A stretch of 64,000 nt of DNA. Origin: Rebecca billardiae RCC1528 (taxonomy: Eukaryota > Protista > Haptophyta). A program made the translations under genes and the position numbers. The notes under the pieces are model-generated. The model was not told the DNA's origin and searched no databases. It was given only the letters and a program-made list of their open reading frames with translations. The DNA lies in the NCBI GenBank assembly GCA_965240325.2, contig OZ251245.1:992001-1056000 (forward strand). Direction: 5' to 3'. Shown in pieces: positions 10,060 through 23,189 of the stretch. Within the stretch, counting starts at the first letter, position 1; every line of letters begins with the position of its first letter.

Positions 10060-10508
10060 GATGCACTTGGGGGAGTCGAAGATGCGTGCGGCAAGCCCTA
10101 CTTGCGTGCGGGTTCGCCTGGCCAGTGGCAGCGGTTCCCCGTCATCGTCTTCCTATCCTAGTACTGTACGGTTTACTGGTACTGTATTCAAAGTTGCCAC
10201 TTTAATTAGGTCTGCGAAAAGACTAGAAGAGACGAATCAGGAGACCCGCGTCGTCCTACCTGTGTCGTTAAATCATAGAATGAGTCAAAGGTCTCGTAGT
10301 ACGACACGAATCAAATTGCATACTTTACGGTAGAAACTAGAAAGTACATCATAGTACGTAGTACGTACCCGACGACGACGCTGCGCTCGTTTGCCGCGCG
10401 TTCGGTACCGGGTTAAACAGGCAGCAATATTATAATCACGCGGAATGTGATCATTGACGAATGCGGGTAGTGTACATCTAAGATTCAAACGTGTCGTCCG
10501 TCAGATAC

Positions 10509-12506
10509 TCAGATGTGCGAGACGAGCGGCCGCTTGCGCGCGAAGTCGAGCGCGTCGTACGAGAGCAGCAGCGCGCGCAGCCCCTCGTACCGCGCCGCGT
10601 CGAGCGAGAGCGGCCGCCCCCTGCGCAGCCCGACGTCCTCCTCGCCGTGCTCGTCGAGGTAGGGCGAGCCCCAGAAGCCGGCGCCGCCCTGCGCGATCAG
10701 CACGACGCACGAGCGCTGCACGAGCAGGAAGGGCGCCGTGCCGACGTGCGCGGCCTGCGCGTGCTCGAAGCAGCCGTCGACGACGCCGGGCACGACGTGC
10801 GGCACGCCGTACACCGAGTCCGCCGTGACGGTGTGCCCGCACAGCAGGCACACCGCCGGCCGCTCGAGGTGCACGCACCCGTCCGCGCGCGCGTGCGAGT
10901 GGTACAGCACTTCGTACGAGAGCGGCAGTTGGATCAGCTCGGGCGCGGGGCTGCGCGCCGGCAGGGCGGAGGAGACGGCGCGGAGGGCGCGGCTGGGCGC
11001 GAGCAGCAGCCGCGACTCGTCCGAGCCGCCGACGAGCGCGGCGGCGGAGTGCAGCGAGGGCGTGAGCGCCGTGGTGGCGAGCGCGCTCACCCAGCGCACG
11101 ATCAGCGCGCGCCACGCGGGCGCGTCCGCGCCCGCGCCCGCCGCGCCCGCCGCGCCCGCCGCGCCCGCCGCGCCGCCGCCGCCCTCCGCGGCCGCGCCGC
11201 CGGCGCTGCCGCCGCCCGCCCCCGCGCGCGGCGGCTCATCCGGCAGCGCGCCGCCGCTGAGCAGCGCGCTCGGCGGCGGCAGCGCCAGGTACTGCATCAG
11301 CGCGCCCGAGTGCAAGACGGGCGGCAGCGGCCCAAGGCGCGTCGGCAGCAGAGCGGCGCCCACCACCGCGGCGAGGGTGAGCAGCTCCTCGACCGCCGCG
11401 GCGACGTGCACGCTCAGCTCGGCGGAGGAGGGCGGGGCGCCCAGGCTCGGCTCGGGCGCGCGCGCCGGCGCCGGCGGTGAGAGCGGGCGCGGTGGCAGGC
11501 CGTCGCCGGCGCCCGCGCCGCCCGCGCACGCGCCAGCGCACGCGCTTGCGCCCGCGCCCGCGCCCGCGCCCACGCATGTGCCCGCGCACGCGCTTGGCTC
11601 GGCGCTGCCGCCGCACAGCCGCACGGCGGCAAGCCCGCCGCCGGCGGCAGGCGTGCCCAGCGCGCCCCGCGGCGCGGCCGCCGCGCCGCCCGCGGCCGCG
11701 CGCGCGGCCGCGGCCTCGCGCGAGCCCGCGGGCGCGCCGAGCGCGGCCGCGAGCGCGCGCGGCGCGCGCGTGAACGTGCTGTCGACGATGTGTGCGAGCT
11801 CCTCGAGCGCGGAGACGGCGGCGGTGCTGGCCGTGGTGGGCGTGTGCGCGCGCGGCGCGGCGGCCGATGCGCCCGGCGGCGACACGGCGTGTGCCGACGG
11901 CGGCAGCAGAGACTCTGTCTCGGCGCGCGAGAGCGCGGCCGGCGGCGGCGGCGGCGAGCCCGCGCGCTCGGCCGCGCTTGGAGTGGGCGCGCGCGCGGCC
12001 TCGTCCGCCGCGCCGCCGGCCGCGCCCGCGCCGCCGGCCGCCTCCAACCCGTCGTCGCGCCCGGCGGGGGGAATCAAACCTCGGTCCTGCCCGAGCGAGT
12101 GGATCAGACCTCCCTGCCCGCGCCGCACCGTCCCGACAGCGAGCGGCTGCGACGGGCGGCGGGCGCCCGCGGAGTCGCCCGCGCTCGCCGCTTGCGGGAA
12201 GGTCGCGCTGAGCGCGCGCGCGAGCGGCTGCGGCACGCCGGCGGCGCGGCCTGCGCGGCCCGCGCCGCCGCCCGCGCCCGCGGCGGCCGCGGCGCTCGCG
12301 CGGCAGCCGAGCACGGCCTGAGTGACGGCGCACGCATACACCGCACGCACGATCGCCAGGTACTGGTGGCGGCCGAGGCTGTGCGGCGTGCCGCTCACGA
12401 GCTCGAGGAGCATGCGCGTCGGCGCGCAGAGCAGGACGAGCGGCGCGCCGCCCGGCGCGCGCGGCGCGCCGCCCGCGCCGCCGCCCGCCGCCGCGCCATC
12501 CGCCGA

Positions 12507-12547
<41 letters not shown>

Positions 12548-13180
12548 CGGCCCAGAAGGCTCCGAGCCCGAGCTCTGCGGCGAGCGATGGCGCCCAGCCG
12601 GCGTGCGCGGGCAGCCCCAGCCTCGCGAGCGCGCGCGCGCCCGCCGTGCCGACGCGCGCGCCGCGCGCCGCCCGGACTCGCTCCGCCCACTGCGCGGCGT
12701 GTACCAGCAGCCGGACTGAGGAGAGCGAAGCCTGCGTGGGCGGCCAGCGCTGCGGGCGGCGGCACAGCCGCTCGACTGCACACGCGGTGACGAGCGCCGC
12801 GCCGCTGAGGTGCGCGCACAGGGAGTCCGCTGCCGCCAGCTCCGCCTCCTCCGCCTCGGCCAGCGCACGGTCCGCAGCGGCCGCCGCCGCCGCAGCGGCC
12901 GCCGAGCCCGCCGCCGCGTGCAGACCGCCATGCAACAGACAGCCGGCGGCGGCGGCGGCGCCGCCGCCGAGCGTGGTTGCCGACGCGGCGGCGGCGCGCT
13001 CGGCGCGCGCGGAGCGCGCCGCGGCCTCGAGCGCGTGCTCGAGCGAGCGCCGCCGCGCCGCCACCGCGGCCGAGTCGAAGTAGGCGCTCGAGCCCGACAG
13101 CTCGAGGCTCGGGTCAGCATGGCTGCCGCTCGCCGAGCCGGCCGCCGCCTCCGCGTCCGCAGCGTCGTCGGCGTCGTCGG

Positions 13181-13212
<32 letters not shown>

Positions 13213-14024
13213 TCGGAGTAGCGTCCGTCCGAGCCGGCGCCGCGCTGCCGCGTCGCGCGCAGCGTCGCGCGCGCCGACGCAATCGACTCGGTGCCCGAGC
13301 CCGAGCCCAGCCCGCGCACGCGCGCGCGCGCGGAGGAGAGCGGCGTGTCCGCGCCGCGCGCGCCGGCGCGCGCCGGCGCGCGCTGCTGCCGCGCGGGCGT
13401 GACGAGGCCGTCCGAGCTGAAGGCCGCGGCCAGCGTCTCCTCGTCGTCCTCCTCCGCCTCGTCGGCGTCGTCGGCGTCGTCGTCGTCGGCGGCGGCGGTG
13501 AAGCGCGTGCCGCCGCCGCCGCCGCCGCCGCCGAGCGCGCGCGTCTCCGCGGCGCTCGCGCGCGCGCCCTCGCGCGCGGCCGCGGCCGCGCGCGCCGCGC
13601 GCCGGCCGCGCGCGCGCGCCTCCTCCGCCCAACGAGGGCTGTGCACAGAGGCGTCGTCGGCGTCGGGCTCGTCGTCGGCGTCGCCGCTGCCGACGAGCGC
13701 GAGCGCGCGCGCCAGCCCCGCCGCGCCCGCGCCCTCGCCGCCGCTCGCCTCGAGCGCCGCGCGCAGCCAGCCAAGCGCGCTCGCGCCGCCCAGCCCGCCG
13801 CCCTCCTCCTCCTCGCCGCCGCCCTCGGCGCTGCCGCCGCTGCGCGGGCGGCGCGCGTCGGCGCTGTGGGCGTCGTCGTCGTCGGCGGTGGCGTACGCGC
13901 CGGCGGCGCGCGCGCGCACGCGCGCGCGCGCGCCGGCGCGCGCCTCTGCCGCCTCCTCCTCGTCCAGGCCGCCCGCGCCGACACCGCCGCCCGCCGCCGC
14001 CGCGTGCGGGCCGAGGTAATAGCG

Positions 14025-14055
<31 letters not shown>

Positions 14056-14082
14056 TCATCGTCGTCATCGTCGTCGTCGTCG

Positions 14083-14124
<42 letters not shown>

Positions 14125-14305
14125 GGCGGGATGCCGTCGTCCTCCTCGTCGAGCGAGCCGATCGGCAGCGCCGCCTCGCACGCCGAGCCGAACGTCTCGA
14201 CGAGCCCCTGCAGCAGCGCGGACACTTCTGCCGGAGGGGCCTCTGGCACCGCCTCTGGCGCGGCCTCGGCCGAGGCGGCGCGCGGCGCCGGCTCGGCCGC
14301 GGCCG

Positions 14306-14336
<31 letters not shown>

Positions 14337-14686
14337 TGCGGCTGGGAGAGCGGCGGCGGCGGGCACATGGGCGTGCGCGCTCGAGCCCGGCGCCGCCGCC
14401 GGCGCGCGCGGCGGCAGCGGCGGGCACACGGGCAGCAGCCCGTTGCAGATGCGCTTGCAGTACGGACAGGAGAACTCTGCGGGTCGGAGGAGCAGGGACG
14501 GCTGCAGAGCCCAGCCCGCCGCCGGGATGTTGAGGATGCGGAGGGACTCGCGCGCGCGGTCGACGCACTCGTAGTGCGCGGCGTGGCCGCACGTGAGCAC
14601 GTGCATCGGGCGCGAGCCGCTCGGCGCGCCGCCGCCGCTCAAGCCGCGCGCGTCGCCGTCGCCGAAGCGCGCGAAACGGCCCGACT

Positions 14687-14731
<45 letters not shown>

Positions 14732-15568
14732 GCGTGTGCTGCCCGTGTCGAGCGGCGGCGCCGCCGCCGTGCGCCCAGCCCAGTCGCGCGCGCGCGTCGA
14801 GCGCATCCGCGCCGCCCTGCTCGGCGTGCAGCTCGAGCTCCAGATCGCGCGCGAGATCGAGATCGAGCTCGAGATTCAGCTCATCTGCGTCCGCGTCCGC
14901 GTCCGCGTCGGCGGCGGCGCGCCAGCGCGGTGGCGCGCGACCGCGCCGCGCGCCGCTCGCGTCGGCGGCGGCGCCGGCCGGCACGTCGGCGGCGTGCAGG
15001 CGGCGCGAGAGCGCTTGCAGCGCGGAGGAGAAGTCGCGAGCCCCTCCGCCCTGCTGCTGCGCGGCGAGCGCCGTCGCCAGGCTCGAGCCCCCCGCCGCCG
15101 CCCACGGCTCCGCCGCCGCCGCGCCGCCGAGTGAGTGCGCGCGCGGCGCGCGCACGCAGCAGCCCGGTGCGTGCGGCGGCGCGGCCTCCGCGATGCACGG
15201 CTGCGCGCACGCGAGCAGGCCGAGAGGGCTGGTCTCCGAGACGGCGCTGTGGCACAGGACGCACTCGATCGAGCTGTCCGTCGGCGGCTCGAGGTCCGCC
15301 GCCGCGGCCGCGGCGGCGTCCGCCGCGGCGGCGTCGCCCGCCGCCGGCGCGCCGCGAGGCGTCTGCCGCGCCGAGCCCGAGCCTGCGCGCGCGCGCGCGC
15401 GCGGCGTGGGCGCGCTCGCCTCCGCCGCGGCCTCCGCAAAGTCCTGCTGCTGCGCCGCCATCTGCTGCAGGATCGCCGCCTGCCGCCGCGCCGCCGCCGC
15501 CTTGCGCTCGCGCCTCCGCTTCTCCCGATCCTTGTCGGACACTGCGCCGGCCGCGGCGGCGCCGTGCT

Positions 15569-15602
<34 letters not shown>

Positions 15603-15913
15603 CGCGCCGCCCGCCGCGCCGTCCGCGCCGTCCGCCGGCCCCAGCCCGATGATCTGCGTGCCGCGAACCGAGTCCGCCACCGAGACGGAGATCCCAGAGC
15701 TCAGCGGCACGACGAGCGAACGCTCCACCGCCGAGCTGAGAGCAGTCCCAATCAGCCGGCGGGGCGTGACGCCCGCCGAGCCCGGCTGGCCCGGCCGAAG
15801 CGGCGGCACGCCCAGCGCGCCGAGCAGGCTGGAGACCAGGGCGCGCTGCTCGGCGGTGAGCCCGCCGCCGCCGGTGCTGCCGCCGCCGCGCGGCGTGCCG
15901 CCCGGGCCCGGCC

Positions 15914-15946
<33 letters not shown>

Positions 15947-18360
15947 CCGCGGCCTCGCGCAGCAGCAGCAGTAGCCGGCGCGCCGTGAGCAGCTCGCGCT
16001 CGGCGCCCGTCGGGCCTCCGGAGATGACGAGCTGCGTCGAGCCGAGCAGGTCGGGCGCGGCGGCGCGCGCGGCCGCGCCCGCCGCGGCCGCGCCGCCCGC
16101 GCCGCCGAACACCATCCCCGCGGCGGAGGCGCGCGGCGCGCCCGTCGCGGCGGCCGCGCCGCCGGCCGCGTCTGAGCCGGCCGCGGCGGCCGCCGGCGCC
16201 GCGGCGGCGGGTGTGCCGACCGAGCCTTGCGCCGCGGCCGCCGCGGCGAATGGCCCGGCGGCGGCGGCGGCGTGCGCGGCCGGCGGCGCGGCCGCGGCCG
16301 AGCCGCTTGCGCCGCGCAGCACGCAGCCGCTGCGGCGCGGCAGCGCGCTCCCGCCTGCGCGCACGCCCTGCGGCGCCGCGCCGCCCTCCGCGTACACACT
16401 GCCGGCCGCGCCGCCCGCACCGCCGCCGCCTGGCGCCGAGCACGCGGCGGCGACCGGGCGCACGCGCGCGCTGCCCGCGCGCGTCATGCCTGGCCGCGCC
16501 GACGCGCCGCCGCCCGCCGCCGACGCCTCTGCGCCGGGCCCGCAGCTGTTGCGCCGCGCGGCCGCGGCGGCCGCGGCCGCGCTCGGCGGCAGCGGCGGCG
16601 GCGCGTCGGCGTGTGGGCTCGCGCGCGCGTGCGCGCCCGGCGTCGGCGTGGGCTCGAGCCCCTTGGGCGCGTCCGCCGCGGCCGCGCCGCCGTGCTCCCC
16701 CGGCGCCGCGCCCGCCGCGGCGGGCGTGGCGAACACGAGGTGCAGCAGCCAGAGGGTCGCGGTGAGAAGGCCGTCAGTCGCGGCTGAGCGCGTGTGCGCG
16801 CAGTAGTGCAGGAGCGTGAGGCAGAGGCAGAGGAGGCGGCGGCAGCGCAGCGCGCCGGGCAGCGCGCTGAACGTGGGCGAGAGCGAGCCGGCGGGCGGCG
16901 CGCGCGGGAGCAGCGCCGCCGAGCCGCCGCCCGCCGCGCCCGCCGCGCTCGCCGCCGCGGACGGCCGGCGGCCGGCGGCGGCGCGAGCGCCGCCGCCGGC
17001 CGCGGCCGCTGCGTCCTCCGCCGCGCCGCCGCCGCCGCGCGCGCCGCCCGCGGCGGCGGCGGCGGCGGCGGCGGCGAGCGCGGCGGGCTGCGCCGCGCGG
17101 AAGTTGTCGAGCGCGCGCTGCGCGTCCGCGTGCGAGTAGTGCTGGTAGAACGGGTCGTAGTCGCTGAGCCACAGCTGGGGCAGCACCCGATACCGCCCCT
17201 GCGTGGAAGCGCCGCTCGCGCCGCTGCCGTGCGCGATCGTGTCGGGCGGCGTGAAGGTGGCGAGCTCGCGCAGCGTGGGCGCGAAGAGGGGCGACTCGGT
17301 CACCCGGCGCGAGAGCGTCTCGGTCAGCGCCGAGAACGTCTGCGGCCCCAGGAAGAGCCGGTGCAGCAGCGCGCGCCGCACGCGGCCGCGCTCTGAGAGG
17401 CCAATAGACTCACGCTCGGACGCGAGGGCAATCAACACGCGCACGCAGTCCTCGGCGAGGGAGGCCTCGGCGTGCGAGAGCGCGGGGCGGAGGGTGGCCG
17501 CGCCGCTCGGCCCGCCGCTCCCGCCGCTCCCGCCGCCGCCGCCGCGCTCCGGCAGCAGCAGCGGCGCCAGCCCCCACACCCCGAGTAGTGCGCTCACGAG
17601 TGTGTCGCCGCCTGACACGCACGCGCCCGCCTGCAGCAGCAGCACGTCGCGGTCGAGGAAGCCGTCGAAGTACGCGGAGCGGTACAGCGCGGCCTGCGCG
17701 AGGCCGAGCGCCGGCGCGTGGGGGCGTGCGCGCGCGCGCGGTGGGGCACGGGCGCTCAGAGGGCCGTGCGGCGTGGCGTGGCGGACGCGCGCGCGCGCGG
17801 CGCCGCGGCGGCTTGGGCTCGGGGCACGCGCCTCGCCGGGGGGCAGGGCGCGGCGAGCGGCGCGCGCGGTGCGCACCTGGCCAAGCGCCTCCTGGCCGTG
17901 CCGCGCCCACAGGCCGGCGCGCGTCTGCGCGGCCGCGTGCAGCACGCGCATCGGCAGCGCGAGCGCCGCGCGGACCACCGTCGCCGCCGCCGACGGCGCG
18001 GCGGCCGCGCCGAGCTGTGGCGCCGAGGCCGCGGCGCCACTCGCGCGCCGCGCGCCGCCGCCCTCGGGCTCGGCCGTGCCGCCGGCGGCGCCGCCGCCGC
18101 CAGGCGCGCCCGGCTCCCTCCGGCCGGCGCCGCCGCCGTCCGCGCCGCCGTGCAGCAGCGGGCGCAGCATCTCGTGCAGCGAGAGTCGCCAGCGGCGCGC
18201 GCCGAGCTCGAGCAGCCCGGCGAGGCAGCGGTGCACAGGCGCGTGATAGGAGACGGCGGCGGAGAGCGGCGAGTGAAGCGAGGTGGCGGCGGTGGCGGCG
18301 GTGGGCGTGAGCGCGGTGGGCCAGGGCACGCGATGCGCGCGCGTCGCGCCGACGCTCAGC

Positions 18361-18416
<56 letters not shown>

Positions 18417-21400
18417 CGCCGCCCCGGCCGCGCCGCCGGCGCGCGAGTGCTCCGGGCGCGCGGCCAAGTCGGCGCGCGAGTAGTCCGGGCTGAGCTGCTG
18501 CAGCGCGGCGCAGCACACGTGCACGGCCGCGAGGAACGCCTGGCGCTCGGCGTCGTCGTCCGACTCGGCGCCGCCGCCCGCTCCCGCCTGCGCCGCGCCC
18601 GGCGCCGCGCCCGGCGCCGCGCTCGGCGCCGCCTCCGCGCCGGCGGCGGCGGCGGCGGCGGCCGCCGCGGCCGCGGCCCCGGCAGCGATCGGCCCGGCGG
18701 CAGCGCCGGCTGGCCCGGCATCTGCGCCCTCCGGCTCGAGCAGCAGCGCCTCGAGCAGCACGGCGAACACGCCCATCACCTCGATCTCGAGCGAGAAGGC
18801 CTTGGTCCAGCCGCGGCCGTCCCAACCCGCCGCGGGCGGCGCGCGGCCGCGCTCGAGAGGCTGCATGTGGTGGAGCAGCATGGCGGCCTTGAGCCAGGCG
18901 GCCCAGAGGCGCGGCGTGGTGAGCAGCTCGCGCGAGATCTCGGGGTGGCGGAGCGCGTACCGCAGGTCGCACACCACGCGGCCGTAGTACCGCTGCACGA
19001 TCGCCGGGTGGTCGCAGTCGACGACGGCGTGTGCGGAGTGCTGCGCGTGCGTGGCCGTCTGCGCCAGCAGCGCGAGTAGTGAGCCGAGCAGCATGTCCAG
19101 CGTGCGCGCGGAGGCGTGGACGGGCACGAGCGCGCGCGCCGGGAGCAGCGCCACGCTGAACTGGTCCAGCAGCCGGTGGCACCCGCCCTCCTCGTCCAGC
19201 CCGTCCGAGTCGATCAGCTGCTGGGTGAGCACGGGGTAGGAGCGCGTGAACGCGACCGCAAAGGCGTTCGAAAAAGGCTCTTCGAGCAGCAGCTCGAAGA
19301 AGAGCGAGTAGACGGCCTCGCGCACGGCGGGGAGCAGCCGGTCGTCGAGCATGATCAGCGTGTGCAGGATCGAGCCCGGCGCGTGCGACGCCGCCGCCGC
19401 GCGGAGCTCAGGCTCCACGCCCTCCTCGCCCGCGCCCGCCTCGCCAGTGCGGCATGACGCGACGGCCGCGGCCGCGGCGGCCGCGGCCGCGCTCGCGGCC
19501 GCGCCGCTCGCGTGCAGCGAGACGGAGCCGGGCGCGCCCAGGCCTGAGCTGTCGCCGAGCAGGCTGAGCGGCGAGGCGCCGTCCACGCCCGCCGCGCTCG
19601 CGCCCGCGCCGCTGAGCAGCGCGGCGGAGAGCGCCGCCGGGCTGAGCGAGAGCTGGCTCACCCCGCGCGCCACGCGCCGAGGCGAGGGCAGGGCCGCGCG
19701 CGCCGGGGCAGCAGGCTCGGCCGCGGACGCGCCGGCGACGATCGCGGCGGCGGCGGCGGCGGCCGGGGCGGCGTGGTGCGGCGACGAGGCGGGCGCGTCG
19801 TCGTCGCCGAGCTCGGCGCGCTCGGCGCGCACCGCCGTCGCCGAGCCCGCCGACGCGCTGCCGCCCGCCGCGCGCGCGCCGCCCTCCGCGTCGCCGCCGG
19901 CCGCGGGCGCCGCGCCGCCGCTGTCGGTGGCGAGCAGCTCCGCCACCAGCGCGGAGCGGATGGCGGGGCGGCCGGCGCAGATCTCGCCGAGCCAGCTCGC
20001 GGTCTGCAGGGCGTCCTCCGCGTGCGCGTACCCGTGCGAGATCGAGTACGCCAGCAGTTGGATCACTGACTGCAGCACCGCGTGCGCCGTCGCGACGTGC
20101 GCGGACTCGAGGCCCGGCGCCCGCGCGCGCGCGAGGGCGGGGTCGGACGGAGCGCGGGCGGCGCCGTGCGCGCTGGCGGCGGCGGCGGCGGCGGCAGCGG
20201 CCGAAGGCGCGGCGTGCGCGGGCACGGCCGCGCCTTTCGAGCACGCGTGCGCGCGCGCCACGCCACCTGCCGCCGCCTGCTGCGGCTGCGTAGGCGGCAG
20301 GTGGCACGGGCACGAGCCAGAGGCCACGCCACCTGCCGCCGCCTGCTGCGGCTGCGTAGGCGGCAGGTGGCACGGGCACGAGCCAGAGGCCACGCCACCT
20401 GCCGCCGCCTGCTGCGGCTGCGTAGGCGGCAGGTGGCACGGGCACGAGCCAGAGGCCACGCCACCTGCCGCCGCCTGCTGCGGCTGCGTAGGCGGCAGGT
20501 GGCACGGGCACGAGCCAGAGGCCACGCCACCTGCCGCCGCCTGCTGCGGCTGCGTAGGCGGCAGGTGGCACGGGCACGAGCCAGAGGCCACGCCACCTGC
20601 CGCCGCCTGCTGCGGCTGCGTAGGCGGCAGGTGGCACGGGCACGAGCCAGAGGCCACGCCACCTGCCGCCGCCTGCTGCGGCTGCGTAGGCGGCAGGTGG
20701 CACGGGCACGAGCCAGAGGCCACGCCACCTGCCGCCGCCTGCTGCGGCTGCGTAGGCGGCAGGTGGCACGGGCACGAGCCAGAGGCCACGCCACCTGCCG
20801 CCGCCTGCTGCGGCTGCGTAGGCGGCAGGTGGCACGGGCACGAGCCAGAGGCCACGCCACCTGCCGCCGCCTGCTGCGGCTGCGTAGGCGGCAGGTGGCA
20901 CGGGCACGAGCCAGAGGCCACGCCACCTGCCGCCGCCTGCTGCGGCTGCGTAGGCGGCAGGTGGCACGGGCACGAGCCAGAGGCCACGCCACCTGCCGCC
21001 GCCTGCTGCGGCTGCGTAGGCGGCAGGTGGCACGGGCACGAGCCAGAGGCCACGCCACCTGCCGCCGCCTGCTGCGGCTGCGTAGGCGGCAGGTGGCACG
21101 GGCACGAGCCAGAGGCCACGCCACCTGCCGCCGCCTGCTGCGGCTGCGTAGGCGGCAGGTGGCACGGGCACGAGCCAGAGGCCACGCCACCTGCCGCCGC
21201 CTGCTGCGGCTGCGTAGGCGGCAGGTGGCACGGGCACGAGCCAGAGGCCACGCCACCTGCCGCCGCCTGCTGCGGCTGCGTAGGCGGCAGGTGGCACGGG
21301 CACGAGCCAGAGGCCACGCCACCTGCCGCCGCCTGCTGCGGCTGCGTAGGCGGCAGGTGGCACGGGCACGAGCCAGAGGCCACGCCACCTGCCGCCGCCT

Positions 21401-22296
21401 GCTGCGGCTGCGTAGGCGGCAGGTGGCACGGGCACGAGCCAGAGGCCACGCCACCTGCCGCCGCCTGCTGCGGCTGCGTAGGCGGCAGGTGGCACGGGCA
21501 CGAGCCAGAGGCCACGCCACCTGCCGCCGCCTGCTGCGGCTGCGTAGGCGGCAGGTGGCACGGGCACGAGCCAGAGGCCGCCCACAGCCGCGAGTCGCCG
21601 CAGTTGCAGCAGCCGCCGCCCGTGCGCACCATGAAGTACTCGTGGCCGACGTGGTCCGAGTGCAGGAAGCACTCGGCGCACAGCGCCGACGTCGGGTCGA
21701 GCTGGCACGTGCGGCAGTGGTAGATGGTCTCGCCCGGCTTCAGGATACGCGAGCACGGCTCGGCCGTGTGCGCGCCGAGCTGGTTCACACGGAGCGCCTG
21801 CGCGGCGACAGGGGCGGACGGGGCGGCGGGGCGCGCGGGGGGGCGCACGGTCGGCATGTCACCGGCTCGCAGCTCGCGCGCTGGCCCGTCGGCAGGCGCG
21901 CCGCTCGCGCGCGGCGCGCGCGACCCACCTCGAGCTCAGCCACAGGGTCATCACCGCCAAACATGAGCGCGTCGCACCACTCGAACATCTCGGGCAGCGT
22001 GCAGTGCTCGAAGACGAACGCGAGGAGGAAGGGCACCTCGTCCGCGCGCGAGCGCAGCTGCGGACGCCAGGGCACGCGCGCGCGCACGCACGCACGCACG
22101 GCCGCAGCCAGCCAGAACGTGTCAGACGCATGAGCCGCGCACACCGCGCGGCGGCGCGCGCGTGGGGGCTGCGGCGACGCCCAGGGCAAGCTGGCGTGCG
22201 CACCTGATGCGCGGCCGCGCGCGGGCCCTCGGCGTACAGCATCTCGATCTCCGCGGCGCGCCGCACGGCGTCGTCGCTGAGGTGATCGCCCTCCAT
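10509..22296 (-). CDS. UBR1/UBR2/PRT6-type N-recognin E3 ubiquitin ligase
   Basis: UBR box YHCRTCQLDPTSALCAECF..HVGHEY..GGCCNCGD; split RING CVLCH..CGHAAHYEC..EFSCPYCKRICNGLLP; C-terminal PAVCLLCG..SPYLDEHGEEDVGLRRGRPLSL. Upstream exons 22296-22204 and 22057-21929 splice in frame to 21797. An internal 183-nt intron lies at 17876-17694. Confidence 0.9.
14028..14123 (-). repeat. (GAC/GAT)n poly-Asp tract in the UBR ligase
   Basis: About 30 consecutive Asp codons. Confidence 0.85.
20257..21576 (-). repeat. Perfect tandem repeat, 20 x 66 bp, encoding SGSCPCHLPPTQPQQAAAGGVA
   Basis: The unit recurs every 66 bp from 20257 to 21576 with no visible substitutions and no spacers. Confidence 0.95.
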
Positions 22297-23189
22297 TGGG
22301 TCGCGCCCCCCGGATGAGCGACGCCCAGCTGCTGCTGAGCAGATGGCTGCCGGTTGACGAGTGTCAAGCGAAACGTGCTTGGGGAGCCGGGTCGGCCCGC
22401 TTACGTCTTCTCGTCGCGGTTACACGACCTTGTAACAGCCCACCCTTTTTTGGAACCGTTTGTCGATTCACGATTGACGATTTGACGCGCGCCCAACGCG
22501 AGCGCTTTATTCCGCCCTTCTTTTTTCATATCGCGTCAACTCCCAGAGCGTGATTCACGATGGCGCCCGCTTCCAGTTCCTTGCTGCGCCGCACAAGTTT
22601 ACATTCACGCGGCTTCTCGCGGCAATTGCGCGCCCGTGTCTCAGGGGAACTCGAGCCCAGCGATCGCCCTGTCTTCTAGCGAACTTACGAATGTATTCAG
22701 ATCGTGCTGCATTGTGTTGCGCCACGACAGATCCAGATGCGCCATAAACACGCAGCGGACGCGGGCGCGGGCCCGCGGCCGCGGGGGCGCGGTCTGCGCG
22801 GAGTCGGACTGCCCGACTGCCCGACGAACTGGCTGAGTTCCCGGGTGCCTACTGCGCGGCTTCGGACGGCCGCGCGACGGTCCGGCTCGGCATGTGCACG
22901 GCACGAATTTGGCCGCAGTGTCGACGGATGGTAGTTCTTGGCCATGCGGCACAGCATGAACACGCGATGCTGATCCGTCCCGCCCGGAGAGCTGCCGTGC
23001 CGAGCACGTCGGACGGCACAGGCCGCCGAAACCCGGCGCGCAATTCCGCTGCTCCAGCGCGTGAGGAGCTGCGGCAAGATGCGCGCCGCGCACACGGGCA
23101 CGGGCGTGACCGCCGTCGCCGTCGCCACCAGCCGGCCGGGCGCGACGCTCGGCTCACGCCGCCACTGCGGCGCCGAGCAGCGGCGACGG

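Noticed and set aside
20257-21576. 66-bp array as a CRISPR array
   Set aside because: No unique spacers, it is in frame within a eukaryotic CDS, and no cas genes are present.
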